Below, piece after piece: positions 42,519 to 53,181 of a stretch of DNA of 64,000 nt; within the stretch, counting starts at the first letter, position 1, and every line of letters starts with the position of its first letter. Location: positions 608,001-672,000 of the forward strand of contig CAWCKH010000004.1 of assembly GCA_963796055.1 (NCBI GenBank). Direction: 5' to 3'. The notes under the pieces were generated by a model that saw nothing but the letters and a program-made list of their open reading frames with translations, was not told the DNA's origin and made no database searches. The position numbers and the translations under genes were made by a program. This DNA comes from an uncultured delta proteobacterium. Its GTDB lineage: Bacteria; Myxococcota; Myxococcia; Myxococcales; Myxococcaceae.

Positions 42519-43091
42519 ATGAGTCTCGGTGCGAAGTACCACCTCCACAAGAAGCGCAAGTACGCCATCAGCGAGGGGCGGCCGAACTCGGACATCAACG
42601 TCACCCCGCTGGTGGACGTGGTGCTGGTGCTGCTCATCATCTTCATGGTGGTCACGCCGCTCCTGGAAAAGGACATCCAGGTCCGCGTCCCGGACGACAC
42701 GGAGCAGGACGTCCAGCCCGAGGATCTGGCCGACCAGCTGGTGGTCACCATCTCGCCGGCCGGGGAGATCAAGCTGAACACGGAGACTCTGGACGACGAG
42801 ACGTACAAGACCCGCATCAAGCGGGCGCTGGCGGCCAAGTCGTACGAGGAGAAGCTGGTGTTCTTCATGCCCGACGACAAGGCGCCCTACCCGCGGGTGG
42901 TCCAGGTCCTGGACTGGACCCGCGGCGCGGGGGCCTACATCCTGGGCGTGGTGACCGAGCCCGTGGCGGGGGTGCTCCCCGGTGGTACACCGGCGCCGGG
43001 GACGCCGGCCGAGCCGGGCGCCGCGCCTGCCGCTCCCGCCGCCCCGGGGGCGCCTCCGGCCCCGGCCGGGCCCACCGGCGGCACGAAGTAG
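42519..43091 (+). CDS. exbD: Second ExbD/TolR with Pro/Ala tail
   Basis: DINVTPLVDVVLVLLIIFMV; abuts the first exbD. Confidence 0.92.
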   Translation: MSLGAKYHLHKKRKYAISEGRPNSDINVTPLVDVVLVLLIIFMVVTPLLEKDIQVRVPDDTEQDVQPEDLADQLVVTISPAGEIKLNTETLDDETYKTRIKRALAAKSYEEKLVFFMPDDKAPYPRVVQVLDWTRGAGAYILGVVTEPVAGVLPGGTPAPGTPAEPGAAPAAPAAPGAPPAPAGPTGGTK

Positions 43092-43202
43092 CCCCGAGTC
43101 CCCGCTGCTGAATTGACGAGGCCGGCTCCAGAACTCCCGGGGCCGGCGTTGGAGCCCGCTCGCTGCGCCCGTTGGTTCGGGAGTCTCTCGGAAGGCCCGG
43201 GG

Positions 43203-43323
43203 CGTCCGTTCCGGGTTCGCATCTGAGAACCCGTTTCGGACGCCTTTCCGGGTGCTCGACCCCCCTCCCCGCCCGACCGTCCGATTCGGGTTCTCACGCG
43301 CAACATCGGAACCCGAACGGACG
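43203..43323. repeat. Four alternating-orientation 18-19 bp repeats (REP/BIME-like)
   Basis: CGTCCG-nn(n)-CGGGTTC motif at 43203(+), 43224-43242(-), 43278(+), 43306-43323(-). Confidence 0.7.
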
Positions 43324-43519
43324 GACTTCGGTTCAGGTTCAAATCCCGGAACCAGCTCTGTGCGACGTGGCTCGTCCCCGGACGCGCCGGTCCACGACCG
43401 CGCTCTACCCACGGACCCCCGTCTCCGTTGTGCGACTGCGCCGGTTCGCCGCCCCTGGGGTGCGCTTCGGCACTGCGCTTGCTCAGGGAAGGGCCCCGGG
43501 GGAGGCCGAAGGGAGGCGG

Positions 43520-45125
43520 ATGCGGCGGCTCGCCCGGGTTCATTCCGGCGCGCTGATGGGGGTGGACGCGGTGGTGGTGGAGGTGGAGGTCGACATGTCC
43601 GTCGGCCTCCCCTACTTCAACGTCGTCGGCCTTCCCGAAGGCGCGGTCAAGGAGAGCAAGGTCCGGGTGATCTCGGCGCTGCGGAACGCCGGGTACGAGC
43701 TCCCGGCCCGGCGGATCACCGTCAATCTCGCTCCGGCCGATATCCGCAAGGAGGGCGCGGCCTTCGAGCTGCCCATCGCCCTGGCAGCGCTGGAGGCCGG
43801 CAGCGTGCTGGAGGGAGGCTCGCTGAACCGCTGGGTGATGGGTGGGGAGCTCTCGCTGGACGGTGTCGTGAAACCGGTCCGGGGCGTCCTGCCGCTGGCC
43901 ATCGCCGCGCGCGACCATGGCTTCGAAGGGGTCCTGGTGCCCGCAGCCAACGCGCCCGAGGCGGCGCTGGTGGACCGCATCCACGTCTACCCCGTGGGAC
44001 ACCTCAAGGAGGCCGTGGCCCACGTGAAGGGTGCTCCGCCCATTGCTCCCTATCGCCGGGACCTCGCCCAGGAGGAGCGCCCGGTGGGGGAGCTGGACAT
44101 GTCGGAGGTGCGCGGTCAGGGGGAGATCAAGGAGGCCCTCGAGCTCGCCGCGGCCGGGGGCCACAACGCGCTGCTCTGCGGACCTCCGGGAAGCGGCAAG
44201 ACCATGCTCGCCCGCCGGCTACCAGGGCTGCTCCCGCTCATGTCGTTCGACGAGGCGCTGGAGGTCACGAAGATCTACTCGGTGAGCGGGCTGCTGGGAG
44301 GACCCCGCCCGCTGCTCACCGAGCGTCCGTTCCGCGCCCCGCACCACACCGTGTCCGACGCCGGGCTGATCGGCGGCGGCCCGATGGGGCGGCCCGGCGA
44401 GCTGTCCCTCGCGCACCGTGGGGTGCTCTTCCTGGACGAGTTTCCCGAGTTCCGGCGCAACGTGCTCGAGGTGCTCCGGCAGCCGCTCGAGGACGGGGTG
44501 GTGCACATCGCCCGGGCAAACCACCACGTGAGCTACCCCGCGCAGGTGATGCTGGTCGCGGCGATGAACCCGTGCCCGTGCGGCCGGCTGGCAGTGGCGG
44601 ACACGCGCTGCACCTGCCCGCGCAACCGGGTGCTGGAGTACCACGCCCGGGTGAGCGGCCCGCTGCTGGACCGCATCGACATCACCGTCCTCACCCGGCG
44701 GGTCGAGGGCTACCGGCTGGCTGCCTCGGCCAAGGCAGAGACGCCGAGCGCCTGGTACCGCGAGCGCGTCGAGGTCGCGCGCGGGCGGCAACGGGAGCGG
44801 TTCCGGGACGCGCCGGGAGTCCGGTGCAACGCCCAGATGCCCCCGCGGCTGGTTCGGCGTTACTGCCGGACCACCAGGCACGCCGAGGAGATGCTTCGCA
44901 TCGCGATGGACCGGTACGGGCTCTCGGCCCGGGCGCACGACAGGATCCTCAAGCTCGCCCGGACCCGCGCAGATCTCGATGGACCACGAGGACATCGAGG
45001 ACGTCGACGTGCAGCTGGCGGTGGACTTCCGGGTGATGGACCGGCGCGACTGGCTGATGGCGCTGCTCGACGGGAACCAGTCGCCCTCGAGCCCGCTCCG
45101 GTCGATGCTCGAGGCGGTCAGATGA
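43520..45125 (+). CDS. comM: YifB/ComM Mg-chelatase-like AAA+ ATPase (+1 frameshift near 44984)
   Basis: VGLPEGAVKESK.RV, NLAPADIRKEG, GPPGSGKT, PFRAPHH, AMNPCPCG, SGPLLDRID. The conserved-looking tail HEDIEDVDVQLAVDFR lies in another frame, ending TGA 45125. Confidence 0.88.
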
Positions 45126-45135
45126 CGGCCTGAGG

Positions 45136-46512
45136 TCATCGCTCCGGTGCGGCGTGCACGGCAACCGGCGCGGCGGTCGCGGCCGGGAGCGCGCCGGCGC
45201 CCGAGGCGGATGCCGGGCTCAGAGCCGCCGGGCCCTCCTTCGCGCGCTGCTGCAACCGGGGGGTGAGGGTGATGAGCCGGGCGATGCGCCGCCACGTCAG
45301 GTACGAGTAGAGCCAGGTGAAGAACACGGCGATCCTGCTCCGGAAGCCCACCACGTACCTGAGGTGCACCGTGGCCCAGAGGAACCAGGCCAGCACGCCC
45401 GACAGGTCCCAGCGGGCGAAGAGCGTCCCCACCGCCGAGCCACGGCCGATGACCGCGAAGATCCCCTTGTCGAGGTACCGGAACGCCTTCACCGGGTCAC
45501 CGTGAATCCTGCGCAGGACGTTGCGCGCAGCCTCTCGCCCCATCTGCATCGCCGCCGGCGCGACGCCCGGCACCGGCCTGCCGTCCTGGGTCACCGCGGC
45601 GAGGTCCCCGATCACCGAGACGCGCGGGTCGCCGGGAAGGGTGAGATCGGGCCCCACCGCCACCCTGCCCGCCCGGTCCACGGGGACCCCCAGCGCCTTG
45701 CCCAGGGGCGAGGCGACCACGCCCGCGCCCCAGAGGACCGTCCGCGCCTGGATGCGCTCCTCGCCCAGGGTGACGCCCCCGGCGTCGATGGCCGAGACCA
45801 GCCTCCCGAGCCGGACGTCGATCTGCAGCTTCTGGAGAGCGTGCAGGGCGTCCACGCTCAGTGCCTCGGGGTAGGTGGGCAGCAGGCGGGATTGGCCCTC
45901 GATGAGCACGATTCGTGCGTCATGGGTGTTGATGCGCCGGAAATCGCGGGGGAGCGCCTTGTGGGCGATCTCGCTCAGCGCGCCCGCGAGCTCCACCCCG
46001 GTGGGCCCGCCGCCGATGATGACGAAGGTCAGCCAGGCCAGCCGCCTCGCCTCGTCCTCCTCGCGCTCGGCCTCCTCGAAGGCGAAGAGGACCCGGCGGC
46101 GGATCTCCAGCGCGTCCTCGAGGCTCTTCAGCCCCGGGGCCTCGTCCTCCCACTCCGGATGGCCGAAGTACGTGTCCTGCGCGCCGGCGGCGACGATGAG
46201 ATGGTCGTACTGGACCGAGCCGAAGTCGGTGAACCGGAGGATCCGGCTGACGCGGTCGATCGAGGCGACCTCGGCGAGAATGACCTCGGTGTTGCGGTGC
46301 CTCCGGAGCACCACCCGGATGGGCGCTGCGATGTCGCTGGGATCGAGCGCGGCGGTGGCCACCTGGTAGAGCAAGGGCTGGAACAGGTGGTGGTTCCGCC
46401 GGTCGACGACTGTCACCCGGACGTCATCGGATCGCCCGAGGATCTTGGCCGCCTCGAGGCCAGCGAAGCCGGCCCCGACAATCACTACGTGCGGTCGCTG
46501 GTCGGGTTCCAT
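45136..46512 (-). CDS. ndh: Type II NADH dehydrogenase
   Basis: VIVGAGFAG, HHLFQPLLYQVAT, GGGPTGVELAG, APAAMQMG. Confidence 0.92.
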   Translation of the reverse strand: MEPDQRPHVVIVGAGFAGLEAAKILGRSDDVRVTVVDRRNHHLFQPLLYQVATAALDPSDIAAPIRVVLRRHRNTEVILAEVASIDRVSRILRFTDFGSVQYDHLIVAAGAQDTYFGHPEWEDEAPGLKSLEDALEIRRRVLFAFEEAEREEDEARRLAWLTFVIIGGGPTGVELAGALSEIAHKALPRDFRRINTHDARIVLIEGQSRLLPTYPEALSVDALHALQKLQIDVRLGRLVSAIDAGGVTLGEERIQARTVLWGAGVVASPLGKALGVPVDRAGRVAVGPDLTLPGDPRVSVIGDLAAVTQDGRPVPGVAPAAMQMGREAARNVLRRIHGDPVKAFRYLDKGIFAVIGRGSAVGTLFARWDLSGVLAWFLWATVHLRYVVGFRSRIAVFFTWLYSYLTWRRIARLITLTPRLQQRAKEGPAALSPASASGAGALPAATAAPVAVHAAPER

Positions 46513-46566
46513 CGCTGCCCGGGATGTGCGAACCAGGGCCTACGAAGTCAACGCGTTCGACACCCG

Positions 46567-47343
46567 ATGGTACTGAACAGACTGACCAGCCCGATTCGTT
46601 ACGCAGGGATGGCCCTGTGGTCGATCTTCTGGATCCCTGCCGCGCTGCTCATGGGCACGATCCGGCGCGACTCCTCGCTCCCCCTCCGCTTCGCCCGCCG
46701 CCACTGGGGCCCGGGAATGCTCCGGCTCGCGGGGGCCGATCTCCGCGTCGAGGGAGACCCCCGAGCCGTGAGCGACCGGCCGGCGATCTACGTGATGAAC
46801 CACCAGTCGTCGCTGGACATCCCCGCGGCGTTCGCCGTGCTTCCGGTGGACCTCCGGTTCATCGCCAAGCACACCTTGCGCAAGGTCCCCTTCCTCGGTT
46901 GGTTCATGTCCTGGACCGGCATGGTCTTCGTCGACCGGAGCAACAGCACCCAGGCGGTCGGGACCCTGAGCGCCGCGGCCGAGCGGGTGCGGGGCGGCAT
47001 CTCGCTCCTCGCCTACCCCGAGGGCACGCGCTCGCGCGACGGCCGGATCCTTCCGTTCAAGAAGGGCCCGTTCGTCCTGGCGCTCCAGGCCGGCGTGCCG
47101 GTGGTGCCCATCGCCATCGAGGGCTCGATGCAGTGCATGCCCGCCCATCTGAGGCCATTCCGGCCGGGGGTGGTCCGCATGGCGATCGGCGCGCCGATCC
47201 ACACCTCCGGGATGTCGATGGATCGGCGAGAGGAGCTGGTCCAGCGGGCACGGGAGGCGGTCCTCGCGCTCCACGCCTCGCTCGCCGGCCGGGTCATGGA
47301 GTCAGGCTCGGACCCAGCTCGGAACGAGCGCACCACGGCCTGA
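46567..47343 (+). CDS. plsC: 1-acyl-sn-glycerol-3-phosphate acyltransferase
   Basis: NHQSSLD, FVDR, YPEGTRS, PFKKG. Confidence 0.88.
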   Translation: MVLNRLTSPIRYAGMALWSIFWIPAALLMGTIRRDSSLPLRFARRHWGPGMLRLAGADLRVEGDPRAVSDRPAIYVMNHQSSLDIPAAFAVLPVDLRFIAKHTLRKVPFLGWFMSWTGMVFVDRSNSTQAVGTLSAAAERVRGGISLLAYPEGTRSRDGRILPFKKGPFVLALQAGVPVVPIAIEGSMQCMPAHLRPFRPGVVRMAIGAPIHTSGMSMDRREELVQRAREAVLALHASLAGRVMESGSDPARNERTTA

Positions 47344-47476
47344 AGGCGCTGGCGTCCGCCGCCGCGGGCGCCCCCGACCGGCGCTGTGGACGGCCCGGTC
47401 GCCCCGCTCCGGCGACGGGGTCCGGCCCGCCTCTTGCTCATCGGCGCCCTGATCATCTGGCAGGTGGAGGTGGGGC

Positions 47477-48511
47477 GTGGGGAAGGTGAGCGAAAAGCTG
47501 AAGGCGGTGGCGGCCGCGGTCGCGGCGATCGAGAAGCAGTTCGGCAAGGGCGCGATCATGCAGCTCGGGCGCGACGGAGAGGTCGCCCCCGTCGCGGTCA
47601 TCCCCAGCGGCTCGGTCGGTCTCGATCGCGCGCTGGGCGTGGGAGGGTACCCCCGGGGGCGGGTCGTCGAGGTGTTCGGGAACGAGTCGTCCGGCAAGAC
47701 GACGCTCGCCCTCCACGCCATCGCCCAGGTGCAGGCGCAAGGCGGCGTGGCGGCATTCGTGGACGCCGAGCACGCGCTCGACGTGAGCTACGCCCGCAAG
47801 CTCGGGGTCCGGGTGGAGGACCTCCTGGTCTCGCAGCCGGACACCGGCGAGCAGGCGCTGGAGATCACCGAGCAGCTGGTCCGCAGCGGGGCGGTGGACC
47901 TGGTGGTGGTGGACTCGGTGGCCGCGCTCGTACCCAGGGCGGAGATCGAGGGTGAGATGGGTGACGCGCACATGGGCGTCCAGGCGCGTCTCATGAGCCA
48001 GGCGCTCCGGAAGCTCACTGGCGCGGTGAGCAAGAGCGGCACGGTCATCTTCTTCATCAACCAGATCCGGATGAAGATCGGGGTGGTCTTCGGCAGTCCG
48101 GAGACGACCACCGGGGGGAACGCGCTCAAGTTCTACGCCTCGGTGCGGCTGGAGATCCGCCGGCTCGGGAACCTGAAGGACGGCGACTCGGTCATCGGCA
48201 CGCGCACCCGGGTGAAGGTGGTGAAGAACAAGGTCGCCCCGCCCTTCCAGGACACCGAGTTCGACGTGCTGTATGGCCAGGGCATCAGCCGGGCCGGCGA
48301 GGCGCTGGACCTGGCGGTGACGCTCGGCCTGGCGGAGAAGTCCGGGAGCCATTTCCTGCTCGACGGCGAGCGCATCGGGCAGGGACGGGAGCGCGCGGTC
48401 GAGTGGCTCCGCGAGCGGCCCGAGGCGCTCGAGGCACTCGTCGCCCGCATCGGGGTGGCCGAGGCGCGGCCGGCGCCTCCGCCGAGCGTGGCCGATTCCG
48501 TGGCGGCCTGA
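47477..48511 (+). CDS. recA: Recombinase RecA (Myxococcus RecA1-type)
   Basis: [42 protein letters not shown]. Confidence 0.97.
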   Translation: MGKVSEKLKAVAAAVAAIEKQFGKGAIMQLGRDGEVAPVAVIPSGSVGLDRALGVGGYPRGRVVEVFGNESSGKTTLALHAIAQVQAQGGVAAFVDAEHALDVSYARKLGVRVEDLLVSQPDTGEQALEITEQLVRSGAVDLVVVDSVAALVPRAEIEGEMGDAHMGVQARLMSQALRKLTGAVSKSGTVIFFINQIRMKIGVVFGSPETTTGGNALKFYASVRLEIRRLGNLKDGDSVIGTRTRVKVVKNKVAPPFQDTEFDVLYGQGISRAGEALDLAVTLGLAEKSGSHFLLDGERIGQGRERAVEWLRERPEALEALVARIGVAEARPAPPPSVADSVAA

Positions 48512-48532
48512 AGGCCAGGCTAGAGTCGGCGC

Positions 48533-49522
48533 ATGGCCGACGCTCCGACCCTGGATGCCGTGCGCGCGACGCGCGCTCGGCTCGGCGATCTGGTCCTGAC
48601 CACGCCGGTGCGCCGGCTCGCCTCCCCGCTCGTGGAGCGCAGGCTCGGGAAGACGGAGGTGGTGCTCAAGGAGGAGCTGTTCCAGCGAACGGGCAGCTTC
48701 AAGCCCCGCGGGGCCCTCTCGGTGATGCTCGATCTGGAGCCCGCCGTGCTGGCCCGCGGGGTCACCTGCGTCTCGGCCGGGAACCACGCCATGGCCACCG
48801 CATACGCGGCGCACGTCCTCGGGACGACCGCCAAGGTGGTGATGCCCCGCAGCGCGAACCCGTTCCGGGTGGCCGGCTCTCGCGAGCTCGGGGCCGAGGT
48901 GGTGCTGGTGGAGAACGTCCACGAGGCCTTCGACCGCGTCCATCAGATCGAATCCACCGAGGGTCGGACCTTCGTCCACCCGTTCGAGGGACCGAGGACG
49001 GCGCTGGGCACCGCCACGGTCGGGCTGGAGCTCGTCGAGCAGGCCGGCGCACTGGACGCGGTCATCATCCCCATCGGGGGTGGCGGTCTGGCCGCGGGGA
49101 TGGCCTGCGCGGTGAAGCAGCTCCTGCCCCGCTGTCAGGTCTACGGGGTCGAGCCGACCGGAGCGGACTCGATGCACCGCAGCTTCGCCGCCGGCTCGCC
49201 GCAGGCCATCGAGGCCGTCCGGACGATCGCCGACAGCCTGGGAGCCCCGCACGCGGCCTCCTACAGCTTCGAGCTCTGTCGCCAGTTCATCGATGAGCTG
49301 GTCTACGTCGACGACGACCAGCTCCGGGACGCGATGCTCTTGCTCTTCGCCTCGGCCAAGCTCGCGGTGGAGCCGGCGGGCGCTGCGGCGACCGCGGCGC
49401 TCCTCGGGCCGCTTTGCGAGCGCCTCGCCGGCCGTCGGGTCGGCGTCATCGTCTGCGGCGGGAACATCGACCCGGCGACGTTCTCCAAGCACCTCGCCGA
49501 CGCCCAGGTCCGGGCGTCCTGA
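48533..49522 (+). CDS. PLP-dependent threonine/serine dehydratase family protein
   Basis: QRTGSFKPRG, SAGNHA, PIGGGGL, VEPAGA, GGNID. Confidence 0.9.
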   Translation: MADAPTLDAVRATRARLGDLVLTTPVRRLASPLVERRLGKTEVVLKEELFQRTGSFKPRGALSVMLDLEPAVLARGVTCVSAGNHAMATAYAAHVLGTTAKVVMPRSANPFRVAGSRELGAEVVLVENVHEAFDRVHQIESTEGRTFVHPFEGPRTALGTATVGLELVEQAGALDAVIIPIGGGGLAAGMACAVKQLLPRCQVYGVEPTGADSMHRSFAAGSPQAIEAVRTIADSLGAPHAASYSFELCRQFIDELVYVDDDQLRDAMLLLFASAKLAVEPAGAAATAALLGPLCERLAGRRVGVIVCGGNIDPATFSKHLADAQVRAS

Positions 49523-49535
49523 CCAGGAGAGCCCC

Positions 49536-50000
49536 ATGAGCCAACCGAACGCCGTCGCCTCCCCCGCCGTGCACCTCGGTCAGGACGACGGGGAGGCCTT
49601 CCGCCTCGGACCGCTGGAGATCCTGGTCAAGGAGAATGGCTCCGGGACCCGGATGAACCTCGCGGTGGCCGAGTTCCGTGGCAACACCTTCCGCATCCCG
49701 CCCCACATCCACACCGAGCACGACGAGACGATTCACGTCCTCGAAGGACAGATGGAGGTGAGGCTCGGAGAGCGGACCTTCACCGCCACCGCCGGCTGCT
49801 CCTTCACCATCCCGATCAACGTGCCCCACGCGATCTGGAACGAGAGTGGCGTCCGGGTGCGCTTCCTGAACGTCATCGTGGGGGCGCGGTATCTCGACTA
49901 CTTCCGTGAGATGGCGGCCGCCGCGACCACGAGCCTCCCCCCGCCCGAGGTGATCGCCAAGGTCATGGGGCGCTTCGGGCTGAGGCCGGTGAAGCAGTAG
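49536..50000 (+). CDS. Cupin domain protein
   Basis: PPHIHTEHDE and IPINVPH motifs; AGGAG RBS before ATG 49536. Confidence 0.85.
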   Translation: MSQPNAVASPAVHLGQDDGEAFRLGPLEILVKENGSGTRMNLAVAEFRGNTFRIPPHIHTEHDETIHVLEGQMEVRLGERTFTATAGCSFTIPINVPHAIWNESGVRVRFLNVIVGARYLDYFREMAAAATTSLPPPEVIAKVMGRFGLRPVKQ

Positions 50001-50024
50001 TCCCCGCCGCCGGCCGGAGGCGCG

Positions 50025-50510
50025 TCAGCCCCCGAGCGACGTGGGATCGATCCCCACCGGGAACCGCGCCTTCGGCAGCGACAGCGCCCACCCCGAGCCG
50101 TCGGGAACCAGCAGCTGTCCCAGCGCGAACTGCGCGTCGCGGGAGAACCGGGCCTCGGCGCGGCCGCCCTTCACCTGCGCGGTGAGCACACCGTCCTCGC
50201 CGAGGCGCAAGGTCGACGGGTCGAGCACCTCGCCCATCCGGTCGCTCAGCCGGAGGTAGACCCTGGAATCGTCGGTGTCGATCGCGTTCACCCGGTAGGC
50301 GGCGCCCTCCACCGTGACGTAGGCCCAGTCGTTCCCGATGTGGAGCTGGAACCGCCCGTCGTCGGTGGGCACCAGCCCCGCGTTGAAGGCCTCGATGATC
50401 TTCGGATGGGTGATGCGCTCGCCGTCGTGGAACCAGTTCAGCGCGCGGTCGAGGACCAGCCCGCTGTCCTCGCGGGTGTGCCAGCGCTTCGGAAGTCCAA
50501 TCTCCGCCAC
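50025..50510 (-). CDS. DUF1285-like protein
   Basis: WFHDGERITHP, YVTVE, LRLSD, ARFSR pattern; GAAGGGG RBS before GTG 50510. Confidence 0.7.
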   Translation of the reverse strand: MAEIGLPKRWHTREDSGLVLDRALNWFHDGERITHPKIIEAFNAGLVPTDDGRFQLHIGNDWAYVTVEGAAYRVNAIDTDDSRVYLRLSDRMGEVLDPSTLRLGEDGVLTAQVKGGRAEARFSRDAQFALGQLLVPDGSGWALSLPKARFPVGIDPTSLGG

Positions 50511-50563
50511 GCCCCTTCGATGCGGCCGGCGGGCGCCGATGTCAACCTCGCCCGCGCTGCGGC

Positions 50564-51904
50564 TCACATCCGCCGCACCAGCTCGGTGTAGCCACGGAAG
50601 GCGAGTGCCCCCCAGGTGTTCACCACCACCGCCGCACCCACCAGCACCTGGACCAGCGGCTTCCGGAACGACCAGCCCGATAGCCCGAGCAGCAGCACGA
50701 GGTACGGGACGTAGTCGAGGCTGAACCGGAACCCGAACTGCATGTAGCCGGTGTTCTGGTAGAACAGCCCGGGCAGCGCGCAGACCCCCACCGTCAGCCA
50801 CACGGGCCAGTGGAGACGCGGCCGGGTCCTGGGGAAAAGCAGCAGCACCAGCCAGGGCATCGTCACCAGCAGCGACAGCCCGCGCGGGTCGTAGCCGATC
50901 TTGAAGGGAGACACCTGCACCCGCGGCAGCATCAGGAACGCCGCCTCGAGGTTCCGCCACAGGTACACCGGGCTGAACAGGCCGTGGGTGTCGATGTCCA
51001 CGTTCACCCGGTTGTCGTAGAGGAACCGGTGGCCGAACTCCCCCGGGCTGCCGAACCGGGCCCAGTTGAAGGCCATCGCCAGCAGCGCCAGCGGCGCGGC
51101 CCCGGCGGCAAAGAGCAGCACCGGCCTCAGCCAGGCCTTCGGCTGCCGCAGCGCCTGGCGAAGCTGCTGGAGGCGGCCGGTGGGCCCGGGGGTCAGCACC
51201 TCGAGGAGGAAGAACAGCCCGGTGAACACCAGCGGCGTCCGGGTGAGCGTCGCCATCGACCACAGGACGCCCGCCAGCACCGGCTGCGCCCCACCCACCG
51301 CTGCGCGCAGGTACAGGCAGGTGAGCACCACCCCGAGCACCTCGGCCAGGAACCACACCTCGCCGCGGATGGCGCAGCTGAAGAGCAGCGTGCCGAAACC
51401 CAGCACCCCGGCGAGGATCAGCGCCTCGTGCTCCGTCCGGTGCAGGTCGCCCCGTCGCGCGAGCGCCCGGGCCAGCACGTAGAAGAGGGTGATGGCCAGC
51501 GCCCCCAGGATGACCCCGAAGCTGGTGTCGTTGAACTGGTAGCCATTGACCGCGACGAACGGCAGCATCACCACCGCCGGAAACGCCGGGAAGCTCACGT
51601 ACCAGCGGTCGCCGGGGAGCGTGGGGCCGGTACAGCGGTGCTTCATCCCGCCGAGGACTCGCACGCAGGCCCAGTCCTCGAGGTTGGGCAGCGTCTCGGG
51701 GTCGAGGTCCAGCCGTCCATCCAGGAACGCCTTGGCCTGGTAGACGAAGTGCGGCGCGGCGCTCTGCCGCAGGAAGCGCGGGCCGCTGAAACAGGCCAGG
51801 GCGAAGAGGCTGCAGACGAAGACCAGCAGCTCGGTCCGGTAGGCCCGGATCCAGGCCCGGGCCGCCACCTCGGGCGTGGACTTCGACCGGACGGGAGCAG
51901 TCAC
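50564..51904 (-). CDS. Polytopic membrane protein, GT-C glycosyltransferase-like
   Basis: About 10-11 hydrophobic segments; YQAKAFLDGRLDL, FNWARFGSPGEFG, QFGFRFSLD. Confidence 0.6.
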   Translation of the reverse strand: MTAPVRSKSTPEVAARAWIRAYRTELLVFVCSLFALACFSGPRFLRQSAAPHFVYQAKAFLDGRLDLDPETLPNLEDWACVRVLGGMKHRCTGPTLPGDRWYVSFPAFPAVVMLPFVAVNGYQFNDTSFGVILGALAITLFYVLARALARRGDLHRTEHEALILAGVLGFGTLLFSCAIRGEVWFLAEVLGVVLTCLYLRAAVGGAQPVLAGVLWSMATLTRTPLVFTGLFFLLEVLTPGPTGRLQQLRQALRQPKAWLRPVLLFAAGAAPLALLAMAFNWARFGSPGEFGHRFLYDNRVNVDIDTHGLFSPVYLWRNLEAAFLMLPRVQVSPFKIGYDPRGLSLLVTMPWLVLLLFPRTRPRLHWPVWLTVGVCALPGLFYQNTGYMQFGFRFSLDYVPYLVLLLGLSGWSFRKPLVQVLVGAAVVVNTWGALAFRGYTELVRRM

Positions 51905-53157
51905 CGACCCGTCCCTCGCGTGCGGAGCCGCAGCCAGTCCAGCGCGGCGTAGGCGCTCGCGGTGCGGATCTGCTCCCGGTCGCCGTGGAACCGGTGGGCC
52001 CGGACCTCATTGCCCTCCGGGCCGTCGAGGCCGATGAAGACCGTGCCCACCGGCTTCTCCGCCGTGCCGCCGTCGGGGCCGGCGATGCCGGTGACCGAAA
52101 GCGCCCAGGTGCTCCCCGCCGACGCCCGGGCACCGCGCGCCATCTGCTGAGCCACCGGCTCGGACACCGCGCCGTTCGCCACCAGCGTCGGGTGCGCCAC
52201 CCCCACCCAGCGCTCCTTGAGGTCGTTGGCGTAAGCGACCGCGCCGCCGAGGAAGTACGCGCTCGAGCCCGGCGTCTCGGTCAGCATGTCGGCGATGCGG
52301 CCGCCGGTGCAGCTCTCGGCCAGGGCCAGCGTCTCCCGGCGGGCGAGCAGCTGTCGCCCCACCACCCCGCCCATCGTGTCCCCGTCCACCCCGAAGAGGT
52401 GGTCGCCCAGCAGCGGCCGGGACGCCGCGTCCGCGGCCTCGAGCGCCTCCTGGGCTTCCTCCCGGGTCCGCCCCTCGGCCATGAGCTTCAGGTGGTTCTC
52501 CGGGAAATGGGTCCGGAACCCGAAGGTCACCCTCGGATGGGCCGCGAGCAGCGGGCGCACCCGGGCGTCCAGGTGCGACTCGGCGAGGAACACCGTCTTC
52601 AAGAGGCGCAGCGCCCGGAAGCCGGTCTCCCCCCGCTCGGCCCGCAGCGCGTCGATGCACGGCAGCACCGCGGTCTCCACCAGCGCCCGGTACTCGCGCG
52701 GCACCCCGGGGACGAAGAAGAGCACCGCCTTCCCCAGCCGCAGGACGAACATCGGCGCGCTGCCCGCCGGGTTGAGCACCACCTCGGCGCCGGCGGGCAC
52801 CTTCGCCTGCTTGATGTTGTTCTCGGTGACGGTGAGCCCGCGCTTCGCGAAGCGTTCCTTCAAGGCCGCCAGCGCCCCCTCGTGCACCACCAGGGGCACG
52901 CCCGTCGCCTCGGCCGCCACCTCGGCGGTCAGGTCGTCCGCGGTCGGGCCCAGCCCACCCGAGACCAGCACCGCGTCCGCCCGGGCCGAGAGCGACCGGA
53001 GCGCCTCGAGGATCTCCTCGCGGACGTCCCCGACCACCGTCGTCCGCGCTACCTGAAGCCCGTGGGCCAGCAGCTGCTCCTGGAACCAGGTGCTGTTGGT
53101 GTCCGTCGTCACGCCGGTGAGCAGCTCGTCACCGGTACACAGTGCCTCGATGCGCAT
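51901..53157 (-). CDS. cinA: CinA (MoCF-like domain + PncC NMN deamidase)
   Basis: TGDELL..DTN, SGGLGPTADD, AESCTGG, TGIAGPDGG. Confidence 0.95.
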   Translation of the reverse strand: MRIEALCTGDELLTGVTTDTNSTWFQEQLLAHGLQVARTTVVGDVREEILEALRSLSARADAVLVSGGLGPTADDLTAEVAAEATGVPLVVHEGALAALKERFAKRGLTVTENNIKQAKVPAGAEVVLNPAGSAPMFVLRLGKAVLFFVPGVPREYRALVETAVLPCIDALRAERGETGFRALRLLKTVFLAESHLDARVRPLLAAHPRVTFGFRTHFPENHLKLMAEGRTREEAQEALEAADAASRPLLGDHLFGVDGDTMGGVVGRQLLARRETLALAESCTGGRIADMLTETPGSSAYFLGGAVAYANDLKERWVGVAHPTLVANGAVSEPVAQQMARGARASAGSTWALSVTGIAGPDGGTAEKPVGTVFIGLDGPEGNEVRAHRFHGDREQIRTASAYAALDWLRLRTRGTGR

Positions 53158-53181
53158 TGCTGGATGTCCGGGACGACGGAC

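Noticed and set aside
47448..47465. CCTG-N9-CAGG upstream of recA as a LexA box
   Set aside because: The spacing is one base short and it matches the Myxococcus LexA consensus poorly as I recall it; weak evidence.
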